NCBI GenBank assembly: GCA_028355015.1
Contig: JAOMRN010000003.1
Coordinates: 48,142 to 112,141 of the forward strand
Length of the DNA: 64,000 nt
Source: Methanobacteriota archaeon
GTDB lineage: Archaea > Thermoplasmatota > Poseidoniia > Poseidoniales > Thalassarchaeaceae
Direction: 5' to 3'
Position 1 is the stretch's first letter. Each line of letters opens with the position of its first letter. Shown piece by piece: positions 9,810 to 19,063 of the stretch. A program made the translations under genes and the position numbers. Under the pieces are notes generated by a model, which worked only from the letters and a program-made list of their open reading frames with translations, was not told where the DNA came from and did not search any database.

Positions 9810-10658
9810 ATGAGTAATTTAGCTGAATCAAACCATCTAAAGAAAAATTATAGATCAATGATTCATGAGGTAATATTTGAGGCAGATACACCATCAGGGA
9901 AGTTATTTGACATTATTCTATTATTTTCTATTTCTGCATCTGTACTTGCAGTTTCTTTAGAAAGTGTTGACTCAATTAATCATGTATATGGGGATGAATT
10001 GTATGCCATAGAATGGCTCTTTACAATTCTTTTCTCTATAGAATATTTACTACGATTATACTCTGTTATGAAACCTATAAAATATGCAACATCATTCTTT
10101 GGTGTTGTGGATTTAGTCTCAATTTTACCCAGCTTTATAGGTTTATTATTTCCTTTAGCCGGTTTCCAAAGTCTTCTTGTACTTCGTGCACTACGCCTTC
10201 TAAGGATATTTAGGATATTCAAATTAACTCGATACCTAGGTGAAGCTACTGCATTAAGTCAAGCAATAATTAAATCTAAAAATCGTATTATTGTTTTTCT
10301 CTCTACTATTATAGTTCTCAGTTTCATAACTGGGGCTGGAATGTATTTAGTCGAAGGGCCTTCTAATGGTTTTACTTCAATACCTCAGAGTGTATATTGG
10401 GCGATTACTACACTAACGAGTACGGGATATGGAGATACGGTTCCTCAGACTCCGTTAGGGAAAATGCTTGCAATTTTTATCATGATTATGGGTTATAGTT
10501 TGATAATTGTTCCCACTGGAATAATTACAAATCAGTTGGTTAAATCCACTGAGATAAGTACACAAGCATGCCCTTATTGCTCTAAAGATGGGCATGATAT
10601 TAATGCTAAACATTGCAAATATTGCGGTACAGAACTTAATCCAGTAGACTTACAATAA
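9810..10658 (+). CDS. Voltage-gated-type 6TM potassium channel with a C-terminal zinc-ribbon
   Basis: Selectivity filter TSTGYGD. S4-like RALRLLRIFRIFKLTRY. C-terminal CPYCS...CKYCG. Confidence 0.75.
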   Translation: MSNLAESNHLKKNYRSMIHEVIFEADTPSGKLFDIILLFSISASVLAVSLESVDSINHVYGDELYAIEWLFTILFSIEYLLRLYSVMKPIKYATSFFGVVDLVSILPSFIGLLFPLAGFQSLLVLRALRLLRIFRIFKLTRYLGEATALSQAIIKSKNRIIVFLSTIIVLSFITGAGMYLVEGPSNGFTSIPQSVYWAITTLTSTGYGDTVPQTPLGKMLAIFIMIMGYSLIIVPTGIITNQLVKSTEISTQACPYCSKDGHDINAKHCKYCGTELNPVDLQ

Positions 10659-13600
10659 ATTTCACATTAATTCCATCTACTTCGAAGGAATTGAGATTCT
10701 TAGGAATTTTTTCATCATTTAGAGTTGCATCCCCTGCTCTAGTTTCTGTCTGGATATGGTTCCAATCTTCCACAAACAGATCTTGTCCTTCAACCCAAAC
10801 TTCTAGTTTTATAGATGATTCAACTTCAAGGTTCATTTCTTTCCTCTTAGCTTGTACATGTCTAATAATATCTCTCGATAATCCCTTTGATAATAATTCT
10901 TCATCAAGTCTCATATCTAATACTAGTGAGACATCTCCTATTTCATCCACAGAAATAGTTGCAGCCGCATATCCTTCTTTTTCTACTCTCCTAATTTCTA
11001 TATCTTCCATCGTGATATCATACCCTTCTAAGATACAGATTTCTGCCTCAATCTCAAGTAGAATATTATCTGGATCTGCTTCTGATAGTAAATTCAATAC
11101 TGCTGGTAAATCTTGCCTACACTTTTTCCCTAATGCTTTTCTATTAGGCGCGATTTCAATTTTTTGAAACCTATCTAGGTCTTCCTCTGTTGTCAAAGAA
11201 ACAACGTTCAATTCTTCTGCTAAGATATCATGAAATTCAGATATATCGGGTCCTCCTACTATCCATCCAGATTTGCAAGGTAATCGCTGTCTTCTACCTG
11301 CTTCTACTCTTACTCTTCTACCTGTTTCTGCTAATTTTCTAACTAATGCCATTTCTTGTTCTAGTACCCAGTTTTGAGTTGGTAAATTACTCGATACTAG
11401 TGATGAACCAACTGGCCAGTCTGCAAGATGAACTGATAATCCAGTCAAGTCTCTATGGATTTGGTCTGGTATGAAAGGTGCTACCGGTGCCATCAAACGG
11501 CAAACAGTGAGTAAAATTTCATGTAAAGTATGTTGACAAGATCTCTTATCATTACTATCATCTTCATTCCATAACCTTCTCCTTGATCTTCTGACATACC
11601 AGTTCGATAAATCATTAATTACAAAATTCTCTAGTTCTCTCCCTGCTTTATGGAAATCCCATGATACAAAATTTTCATGATAACTTTCAGCTACTGTGGC
11701 CATACGTGATAATACCCATTGATCAAGAGGACTCCTCTCCTTGACATTCACATGTCCCAAACTATCTTCAGGATCGAATCCATCTAGTGCTGCATAATCC
11801 GAGTAAAAACGATGTACATTCCATAGTGTCAGAAACATTTTAGCATAAGATTCTCTAACTCCATTTGAATCGAAGTTAGTTGGTGTCCAGGGGGCGCTCT
11901 GTGTCATCATATACCATCTAATAGAATCTGAACCCTCTTTATTGAAATGGTCCCAAGGATTGACTACATTTCCTCTCGACTTACTCATTTTCTTACCATC
12001 TTTGTCAAGGATATGTCCGAGTGAAAGACATCTTTTGTATGCTACATTATCGAAAACAGTAGTTGAAACGGCAAGTAGTGAGTAAAACCACCCTCTTGTT
12101 TGGTCTACGGCTTCACAGATATAATCTACCGGAAAAACTCCCTCGAATTTTTCTTTATTTTCAAATGGATAATGCCATTGAGCGAAAGAAGCACAACCTG
12201 AATCGAACCAACAGTCCATGACATAAGGTTCTCTAATCATTTCTCCTGAACATCCTTCATTATTGCAATTTAATTTCACATCATCCACATATGGCCTGTG
12301 TAATTCAGGAGGTTTAGGAGAGTCATCTGTTTTCATAGACATCATTTCATCGATACTTCCAATACAATGTTCATACTGACACTCTTGACAAATCCATACA
12401 GGTATTGGTGTCCCCCAGTATCTTTCACGACTAATAGCCCAATCTTTGATATTTGAGAGCCATTCTCCCATTCTTTTCGAACCAGTCCATTCGGGTGCCC
12501 ATTCTACTTCTGCATTATATTCTATAATTTGTTCACGCACTGCAGTCATTTTTACGAACCAACTATCCATTGCGTAGTATAGTAGCGGATGATCAGTTCT
12601 CCAACAATGTGGGTAGTCGTGTGTGTAGATGTGTTCTCGATATAAACTACCATTTTTACTAAGTAAGTCAATAATATCTGAGTCACACTCCTTAACATAT
12701 CTACCATCCAATTCTTGGTGAGTACCCCGAATAAATTTCCCATCAATACCTACTGTATGTTGTGCTGGAAATCCTTCTTTCATACCAAGATTATAATCGT
12801 CTTCCCCATACATAACTGCTGTATGAACCACTCCTGTCCCATCGCTAGTTGTAACGAAATCCGCTCCAACTACTGTCCACGCATTGGAATTACTTCCATC
12901 TATTGCACCCGGAAACAGTGGTTCATATGATTTACCAATTAATTCTGAACCAGGAAATTCTTCCAAAACTTCCATCTTATGACGTAGGACATTCCCTAGC
13001 AGATCTTTAGCCAGTATTAGTTCTTCACCTAGATTTGCACCCCCTCTACCTTCCCAAGAATTAGATGGCTCAGCGGTCACTTTAACACGGCAATAAGTTA
13101 CTTCAGGTCCTACTGCTAAACCTACGTTCCCAGGTAATGTCCAAGGAGTAGTTGTCCAAGCTAATATTGAGGCGTCGCTATCTGTTAATTTGAATTTTAT
13201 AAAAACTGCTGGTTCCGAGACTTCTTTGTAACCCTGTGCGACCTCGTGACTCGAATAACTAGTGCCTGTTTGAGGGCAATATGGTAATACTTTATGTCCT
13301 CTGAATAGAAGTCCCTTGTCGAACATTTGCTTCAACGACCACCAAGCTGATTCTATGTAATTATCATGTAGAGTGACATAAGGGTCGTCCATATCTACCC
13401 AGAATCCCATTCTTTCAGTCATTTCTCTCCATGCCTGTTCATAAGTCCACACACTCTCTTTACATTTCTGATTAAATGCTTCCATGCCGTATGCTTCAAT
13501 AGCCTCATTAGACATTAAATCAAGTTGTTTCTGGACCTCAATTTCCACAGGTAAACCATGAGTGTCCCAGCCCGCTTTTCTTTCAACTATATGGCCTTCC

Positions 13601-13827
13601 ATTGTTTTCCATCTACACACCATATCTTTGTAAAGTCGAGAAATTACATGATGGATTCCTGGTTTTCCATTTGCAGTAGGTGGACCTTCAAGAAAAGTAA
13701 ATGGTGAGTTTCCATTTCTTCTTTGTTCAATAGATTGAGTGAATGTTTTTTCATTATTCCATGTCTCAATTAAAGAAGTCTCAAGAGCTACTGGGTCTAG
13801 TTCGCCAGCGGTCTTAGGTACGGTCAT
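10636..13827 (-). CDS. ileS: isoleucyl-tRNA synthetase
   Basis: HIGH (PPTANGKPGIHHV), KMSKS (KMSKSRGN), ~1060 aa with an editing domain. The 3' end overlaps the K-channel 3' end by 23 nt (convergent). Confidence 0.92.
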   Translation of the reverse strand: MTVPKTAGELDPVALETSLIETWNNEKTFTQSIEQRRNGNSPFTFLEGPPTANGKPGIHHVISRLYKDMVCRWKTMEGHIVERKAGWDTHGLPVEIEVQKQLDLMSNEAIEAYGMEAFNQKCKESVWTYEQAWREMTERMGFWVDMDDPYVTLHDNYIESAWWSLKQMFDKGLLFRGHKVLPYCPQTGTSYSSHEVAQGYKEVSEPAVFIKFKLTDSDASILAWTTTPWTLPGNVGLAVGPEVTYCRVKVTAEPSNSWEGRGGANLGEELILAKDLLGNVLRHKMEVLEEFPGSELIGKSYEPLFPGAIDGSNSNAWTVVGADFVTTSDGTGVVHTAVMYGEDDYNLGMKEGFPAQHTVGIDGKFIRGTHQELDGRYVKECDSDIIDLLSKNGSLYREHIYTHDYPHCWRTDHPLLYYAMDSWFVKMTAVREQIIEYNAEVEWAPEWTGSKRMGEWLSNIKDWAISRERYWGTPIPVWICQECQYEHCIGSIDEMMSMKTDDSPKPPELHRPYVDDVKLNCNNEGCSGEMIREPYVMDCWFDSGCASFAQWHYPFENKEKFEGVFPVDYICEAVDQTRGWFYSLLAVSTTVFDNVAYKRCLSLGHILDKDGKKMSKSRGNVVNPWDHFNKEGSDSIRWYMMTQSAPWTPTNFDSNGVRESYAKMFLTLWNVHRFYSDYAALDGFDPEDSLGHVNVKERSPLDQWVLSRMATVAESYHENFVSWDFHKAGRELENFVINDLSNWYVRRSRRRLWNEDDSNDKRSCQHTLHEILLTVCRLMAPVAPFIPDQIHRDLTGLSVHLADWPVGSSLVSSNLPTQNWVLEQEMALVRKLAETGRRVRVEAGRRQRLPCKSGWIVGGPDISEFHDILAEELNVVSLTTEEDLDRFQKIEIAPNRKALGKKCRQDLPAVLNLLSEADPDNILLEIEAEICILEGYDITMEDIEIRRVEKEGYAAATISVDEIGDVSLVLDMRLDEELLSKGLSRDIIRHVQAKRKEMNLEVESSIKLEVWVEGQDLFVEDWNHIQTETRAGDATLNDEKIPKNLNSFEVDGINVKFIVSLLD

Positions 13828-13932
13828 GTCGATACCGACAGGATATGCTTTCTTGAACGTGACTAATCAAGATGAAACTGAATTAGCAAATAACCACGCC
13901 TTCAAAAGGTAGTGCCTAGTGGAAGATATTAG

Positions 13933-14574
13933 ATGTCAGAGGCTGTTTCAATAGAGGTTGGTGGAATGACCTGTACTGGTTGCTCTGATAGAGTCAAAAA
14001 TGCTCTTGAAGAAATAACTGGAGTTCATTCAGCGGAAGTTTCTCACGAATCAGGAATGGCTATCATTCAACACGATAATGTATCTAGAGATTCAATGGCA
14101 TCTAGTATCCTATCGATAGGCTATACTGTTGATGGTAAGGGTGAAGAATTTAATTGGCGCGATAGTAGTGTTTGGAAACAATCAGCACACAATACAAAGT
14201 GGTGTTTAGTTGGTTGCAGTATTGGCGATTTTGGTACTATTGCAGCCTTCCAATTTGTATTTACGGATTCAGGCTGGACTCCTATGATGATTATGTTACT
14301 GGCTATGTTTAATGGAATTATGACATCCATCGCACTTGAAACAGTAATTTTATCAGCTCAAATGGCTTTAAAAGAGGCTTTTAGGGTAGCAGTGGGGATG
14401 TCATTAATCTCAATGATTTCTATGGAGGCTGCAATGAATATAGTGGATTTAGCTTTAACAGGCGGTGCTAAACTTACTTGGTGGGTAATCATACCTATGT
14501 TTATAGCGGGATTTCTCACTCCTTGGCCGTATAATTATTGGCGACTTAAAAAGTACGGTGTTGCATGTCATTAA
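13933..14574 (+). CDS. heavy-metal-associated (HMA) domain fused to a 4-TM membrane domain
   Basis: GMTCTGCSDRVKNAL (MxCxxC HMA motif) at the N-terminus. Hydrophobic C-terminal half. Confidence 0.55.
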   Translation: MSEAVSIEVGGMTCTGCSDRVKNALEEITGVHSAEVSHESGMAIIQHDNVSRDSMASSILSIGYTVDGKGEEFNWRDSSVWKQSAHNTKWCLVGCSIGDFGTIAAFQFVFTDSGWTPMMIMLLAMFNGIMTSIALETVILSAQMALKEAFRVAVGMSLISMISMEAAMNIVDLALTGGAKLTWWVIIPMFIAGFLTPWPYNYWRLKKYGVACH

Positions 14575-14586
14575 GGTGGTATTAGA

Positions 14587-15363
14587 ATGTCGAAGTGGAA
14601 AAATCTTAGCGAAGATATCTCCAATTGGATTTTGGACTATGCCAATAGCAATAATATTTCTACTCTAGTAGTTGGAGTTTCAGGAGGTATCGATTCTGCT
14701 GTGACTTCTACACTCTGTGCTAAAACAGGTTTGAGAACTCTAGTAATCAACATGCCCATACATCAGAATGATTCAGAGTATAATCTTTCTAACCAACATA
14801 TGATGTGGTTGAGGTCAAATTGGGATAATGTAGAAAGTCATATAATTAACTTATCAAAAACTTTTGATGTTCTGAAAAATGAACTTAGTAAGAAAGAGGT
14901 CTCTGATATTGCTATGGTAAATACGAGAGCTAGGATCAGAATGGCAACATTATATTCATTGGCTGGTTCAAATAATGGTATAGTAGTTGGGACTGGAAAT
15001 AAAGTTGAAGACTTTGGAGTAGGGTTCTTCACTAAATATGGTGATGGGGGAGTTGATATTTCTCCTATTGCTGATATGTACAAATCAGAGGTATATCTCT
15101 TAGCAGATTCTTTAGGTATAATTCAAGAAATCCAAGAAGCCGCACCTACAGACGGCCTTTGGTCCGATGGTAGAACTGATGAAGATCAAATAGGTGCGAC
15201 ATATGATGAATTAGAGTGGGCTATGAATGAAATTGACAACCCCTCTGCTGAAAAAGAACTTAATGAAAGGCTTGCGGAAGTGATGAGAATTTATCTGAAA
15301 CTTAATTCAATGAATTCTCATAAAATGAACCCAATTCCTATTTTTAAATATAATAAACGATGA
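14587..15363 (+). CDS. nadE: NH3-dependent NAD+ synthetase
   Basis: PP-loop VVGVSGGIDSAV; length and pattern match NadE. Confidence 0.85.
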   Translation: MSKWKNLSEDISNWILDYANSNNISTLVVGVSGGIDSAVTSTLCAKTGLRTLVINMPIHQNDSEYNLSNQHMMWLRSNWDNVESHIINLSKTFDVLKNELSKKEVSDIAMVNTRARIRMATLYSLAGSNNGIVVGTGNKVEDFGVGFFTKYGDGGVDISPIADMYKSEVYLLADSLGIIQEIQEAAPTDGLWSDGRTDEDQIGATYDELEWAMNEIDNPSAEKELNERLAEVMRIYLKLNSMNSHKMNPIPIFKYNKR

Positions 15364-15393
15364 TTTCAATAGTAATAATCTTTCGCAAAACCC

Positions 15394-15915
15394 ATGGGTT
15401 CCTCAGAAGGATATGCTGATAGCGGCCATATTATGGCAGTTGAATTTGATAAAAAGATAATTATTTACTGGTGGTTAGTAGCAAATATGACTTTACTTTC
15501 TACTATCATAGGCATAGTAGTAATGATTTTTTGGGTACCATTTGGATGGTTGATTCATAAGAAACAGTATGAGCACATGTCTGCGGCTTTGACCGACCGT
15601 TCCGTCAATATGAGGATGGGTTGGTTGTTCAAGAAACAGCAAAATATCCCATTAGATAAATTAACTGATGTATCAATACACGAGGGTCCTATCCTGAATG
15701 CATTCGGAGTTGTCAGAATGCAATTCGAGACAGCGGGAGCCGCTCCATTTATCTTGACTGGTGTAAAAAACTCAGAGCAATTTCGTGACCTTGTACTTAG
15801 GCAAAGGGACTCTTTAGTTTCCAATCCTCAACACGCTGGCCCCTCAATTAGTTCGAACGAGGTACTTGTTGAAATCAGAGATTTACTAAAGAGTATAGAT
15901 TCTAGGCTTGAGTAA
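15394..15915 (+). CDS. membrane protein with bacterial-PH-like (YdbS/YdbT-type) domain, hypothetical
   Basis: Two TM helices then the pattern KKQQNIPLDKLTDVSIHEGPILNAFGVVRMQFETAG. Confidence 0.4.
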   Translation: MGSSEGYADSGHIMAVEFDKKIIIYWWLVANMTLLSTIIGIVVMIFWVPFGWLIHKKQYEHMSAALTDRSVNMRMGWLFKKQQNIPLDKLTDVSIHEGPILNAFGVVRMQFETAGAAPFILTGVKNSEQFRDLVLRQRDSLVSNPQHAGPSISSNEVLVEIRDLLKSIDSRLE

Positions 15916-15987
15916 CTACTTCACTAATGATGAATTATTCAACGCTACATTACAAAATACCAATACTAGTTACTTCTCGCAATATAC

Positions 15988-16515
15988 ATGGCTGAAGACC
16001 TCGAGGAGCCGAAATACGATTTAATACTTGATTTCGGGTCTTTTGAAACGCGCCTCTATCATGATACAATACAAGCTCGCGTTAATACAAATGGGGAAAG
16101 TCAAGATAGTATCTCTAATGGTTTCAGAACTATAGCCGGATACATATTCGGAAGTAATAATTCAGGTAAAAAAATAGCGATGACCGCCCCAGTTCATATG
16201 TGGAGTGAAGAAGAAATGACAAAAATGGCTTTCACTATGCCTTCAGAACATGAATTGTCAGATTTACCTATTCCGAATAATTCTTCTATCGAGATAGTTG
16301 AAGTTGAAGGTAAATTAACTGCTGCAATGAAATTTTCTGGCTTCGCTAGTCGGAGAAAAACTCATAGATTAAGTAAAAAACTATTAAAATTTATTTTACA
16401 AAATAAATTAGAACCCACCTCCTCTCATATATTGGCGATTTATGATAATCCTTGGACTACATTGCCTTTTTTGAGAAGAAATGAAATATTAATACCAATA
16501 AAAGATAATTTTTAG
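15988..16515 (+). CDS. SOUL/HBP-family heme-binding protein
   Basis: GFRTIAGYIFGSNNSGKKIAMTAPV matches the SOUL pattern (F..L..YI.G.N.....I.MT.PV). Confidence 0.55.
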   Translation: MAEDLEEPKYDLILDFGSFETRLYHDTIQARVNTNGESQDSISNGFRTIAGYIFGSNNSGKKIAMTAPVHMWSEEEMTKMAFTMPSEHELSDLPIPNNSSIEIVEVEGKLTAAMKFSGFASRRKTHRLSKKLLKFILQNKLEPTSSHILAIYDNPWTTLPFLRRNEILIPIKDNF

Positions 16516-16543
16516 TTTATATGATACAGTTTGAGGTGAATTA

Positions 16544-17260
16544 ATGAATATGCAGAGGTGTGGTGAGGATGAAGTTCTTTCAGCTTTTGAGAATAATGAA
16601 AATATAAGCCTTATTTTAGTGAAAAGAGAATCTTCTTCGTCTAAACTTCGAGAAATACTAGGATATGCTGAACGCTTGAAAATCAAGATTATTCATGGTT
16701 CAGAAAATGATCTTTGGAGAATGTCTCGGAATAATAGTCAAGGTGTCCCGAATATACTTGCTTTGGTAGGCCGTAACCCTGATTCTTCATTGGAAGAAGT
16801 TTTCTCTAATGGGGGTCTTGTCTGGCTTCTTGCAGGTGCGGCTTATCCAGTTAATATTGGTTTTTGTATAAGGACTGCAGAGGTTTCTGGAGCTAGTGCT
16901 GTCATAGTAGATGCCGAATTAAACAATCAGGAAAGAAGTGCCGCGAAACGTGCATCAATGAAAGCACATAGATTTTTACCAGTGCATTGGACTTCTGGAT
17001 TTGATGCAATAATATTGGCAAAGAAATTTGGTTTTAGAATAATTTCGGTAGAAGATGTAGGTACTGCCGCTCCTTGGGAAGTTGATATGACAGGAAATGT
17101 AGTTCTGATAGTTGGTGGTGAGAGAAATGGCATATCTGAAGAGATTCTATCTGAATCAGATGAAATAGTTCGTATACCTATGTCTGGTTTCGTCCCTTCG
17201 TTTAATCTTCAGGCTCCATTAAGTGCAGTCGCTATTGAAGCACAAAGACAGAGAAGTTAG
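16544..17260 (+). CDS. SpoU/TrmH-family RNA 2'-O-methyltransferase
   Basis: SPOUT motifs LLAGAAYPVNIGFCIRTAEVSGASAVI and VVLIVGGERNGISEEI. Confidence 0.75.
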   Translation: MNMQRCGEDEVLSAFENNENISLILVKRESSSSKLREILGYAERLKIKIIHGSENDLWRMSRNNSQGVPNILALVGRNPDSSLEEVFSNGGLVWLLAGAAYPVNIGFCIRTAEVSGASAVIVDAELNNQERSAAKRASMKAHRFLPVHWTSGFDAIILAKKFGFRIISVEDVGTAAPWEVDMTGNVVLIVGGERNGISEEILSESDEIVRIPMSGFVPSFNLQAPLSAVAIEAQRQRS

Positions 17261-17317
17261 TCATAATTAGATAAATCACCTTTATGCTTTATCGAGTCCC
17301 TACGTCACCCGGTAGTT

Positions 17318-19063
17318 GTGAATGTACCTAGTGAGTTAACTTTGATGCTTGATGGCAAACATGGTACAACTAAACAGAAGGCAGCGCGACTTGTAGTCGA
17401 TCTTGCATCGACAGCAGGGGCGATAGATTTTGTCAGATGTGAACACGCTCATGTTTCAGGTGTTAGTGTAATTACTGGAGGTCATGGTCTTCGTAGATTC
17501 CTATCGGACTTGGCAGGAGATGTTGAAGGAGTTGTTTCAATACCTACTACTCTCAACTCAGCAGGCTGTGATAGGGAGAAAATGGAGCAAATGGGTATCG
17601 ACTATCCAGACTTTTTGAAACATCAATTTGAGATTATTGAAGCCTATTCTAATCTAGGCATTGATGCCACATTATCTTGTACACCCTATGATAGAGGAGT
17701 AGAATTATCTGAAGGTATAGGTTCTTGGGCGGAATCAAATGCTGTCTGTTTTTCAAATTCTTATACCTCTTTAATCACTAATCGTGAATCTGGTTTATCT
17801 GCATTAGCTACTGCATTAACTGGATGGGCTCCTCTTTGGGGGCTTCACTTAGATGAGAACCGTTTCCCTAATATTCATGTAAAAGTTCAATGTTCCATGG
17901 GAAATATTTCCGACTGGAGTGTATTAGGTGATTGGATTGGTAAACAAATACGGCCTGAATGGAAACTTCCTTGGGGTATGATGCCACATATTTCTGGTCT
18001 CCCAGAATTTGCTAGTTTCGAAATGCGTAAGGCTTTAACAGCAGCAGCAGCAAATTATGGATGTCCTATGCTCTGGGCCGATGGCCATACAGTTTCTCCT
18101 CCCTATACTGATTCTTATGAAGGTGAATTAATATTCACAGAGAGTGACTTACAGATTCGTTATCAAGAATTAGCACCTAAAGGAATTGTTGATTTAGTTG
18201 TAATCGGTTGTCCTCAGGCGAGTGTTGGCGAAGTTAGAACTACTGCCTCTTTTGTTCGTTCGAGAATGGAGCTTGGGGAGGTTATTCCTAATCAGAGATT
18301 ATGGGTATTTACGAGTGGTCATAATTATGAGATATTAGAATCTGATGGTACTATCGATATTCTCGAAGAAGCAGGTGCATTAATTTTGAAAGATACTTGT
18401 CCAGAAGTCACTCCATATAACAGAAACAAGTACAATCATATATTGACTAACTCTCTAAAGGCTGAACATTATCTGACCTCTGGATTGAATAAAATGCCAA
18501 CTAGTGTATCTACAATCTCAGAATGCGTTGCCCATGCTTTTGATCCAACTCTAATTCAATCACCTAGGCCGAAATTAGGACATAATAATGTCAAACCAAT
18601 GTTCTCCAATAAAATTCATAAATCTGGTGAATTAAATCTTCTCGGAAAAAGTCTCCCTAGCCAGACAGAGTGGTCAATCGAAGGTCGAGCTTTGGTTACA
18701 GACGTTCCAATTACTTACCTCGGATATGTGAACAGAGACACAGGAGTTATTGAAGAGAGAGGTCATCCACTTGATGGTACAGCAATTGAAGATACGATTT
18801 TGATATATCCAAAAGGCTCAGGTTCAACAGTAGCACCATTTGTTTTAATGGGTTTAATGTATACTGGTAAAGGACCTAAGGCCATATTAAATTGTGATGT
18901 ATGCCCTCTTACTTTACCAGCAGCCTCTCTGTTAAACGTCCCTTATGCACATGGTTTCAACTTAGATCCGACTTTAGAAATAAATAGTGGCGACCAGGTA
19001 TCGATGTCACTTAGAGATGGGATTGTCAGTGTTTCCGTCATATCTCGTACAAGCGAGGATTGA
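17318..19063 (+). CDS. Aconitase-X (AcnX) family protein, fused large (DUF521-like) + swivel (DUF126-like) domains
   Basis: N-terminal LMLDGKHGTTKQKAARLVVDLAS...AHVSG pattern. C-terminal small-domain pattern ...GHPLDGTAIEDTILIYPKGSGSTVAPFVLMGL. Confidence 0.65.
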   Translation: MNVPSELTLMLDGKHGTTKQKAARLVVDLASTAGAIDFVRCEHAHVSGVSVITGGHGLRRFLSDLAGDVEGVVSIPTTLNSAGCDREKMEQMGIDYPDFLKHQFEIIEAYSNLGIDATLSCTPYDRGVELSEGIGSWAESNAVCFSNSYTSLITNRESGLSALATALTGWAPLWGLHLDENRFPNIHVKVQCSMGNISDWSVLGDWIGKQIRPEWKLPWGMMPHISGLPEFASFEMRKALTAAAANYGCPMLWADGHTVSPPYTDSYEGELIFTESDLQIRYQELAPKGIVDLVVIGCPQASVGEVRTTASFVRSRMELGEVIPNQRLWVFTSGHNYEILESDGTIDILEEAGALILKDTCPEVTPYNRNKYNHILTNSLKAEHYLTSGLNKMPTSVSTISECVAHAFDPTLIQSPRPKLGHNNVKPMFSNKIHKSGELNLLGKSLPSQTEWSIEGRALVTDVPITYLGYVNRDTGVIEERGHPLDGTAIEDTILIYPKGSGSTVAPFVLMGLMYTGKGPKAILNCDVCPLTLPAASLLNVPYAHGFNLDPTLEINSGDQVSMSLRDGIVSVSVISRTSED

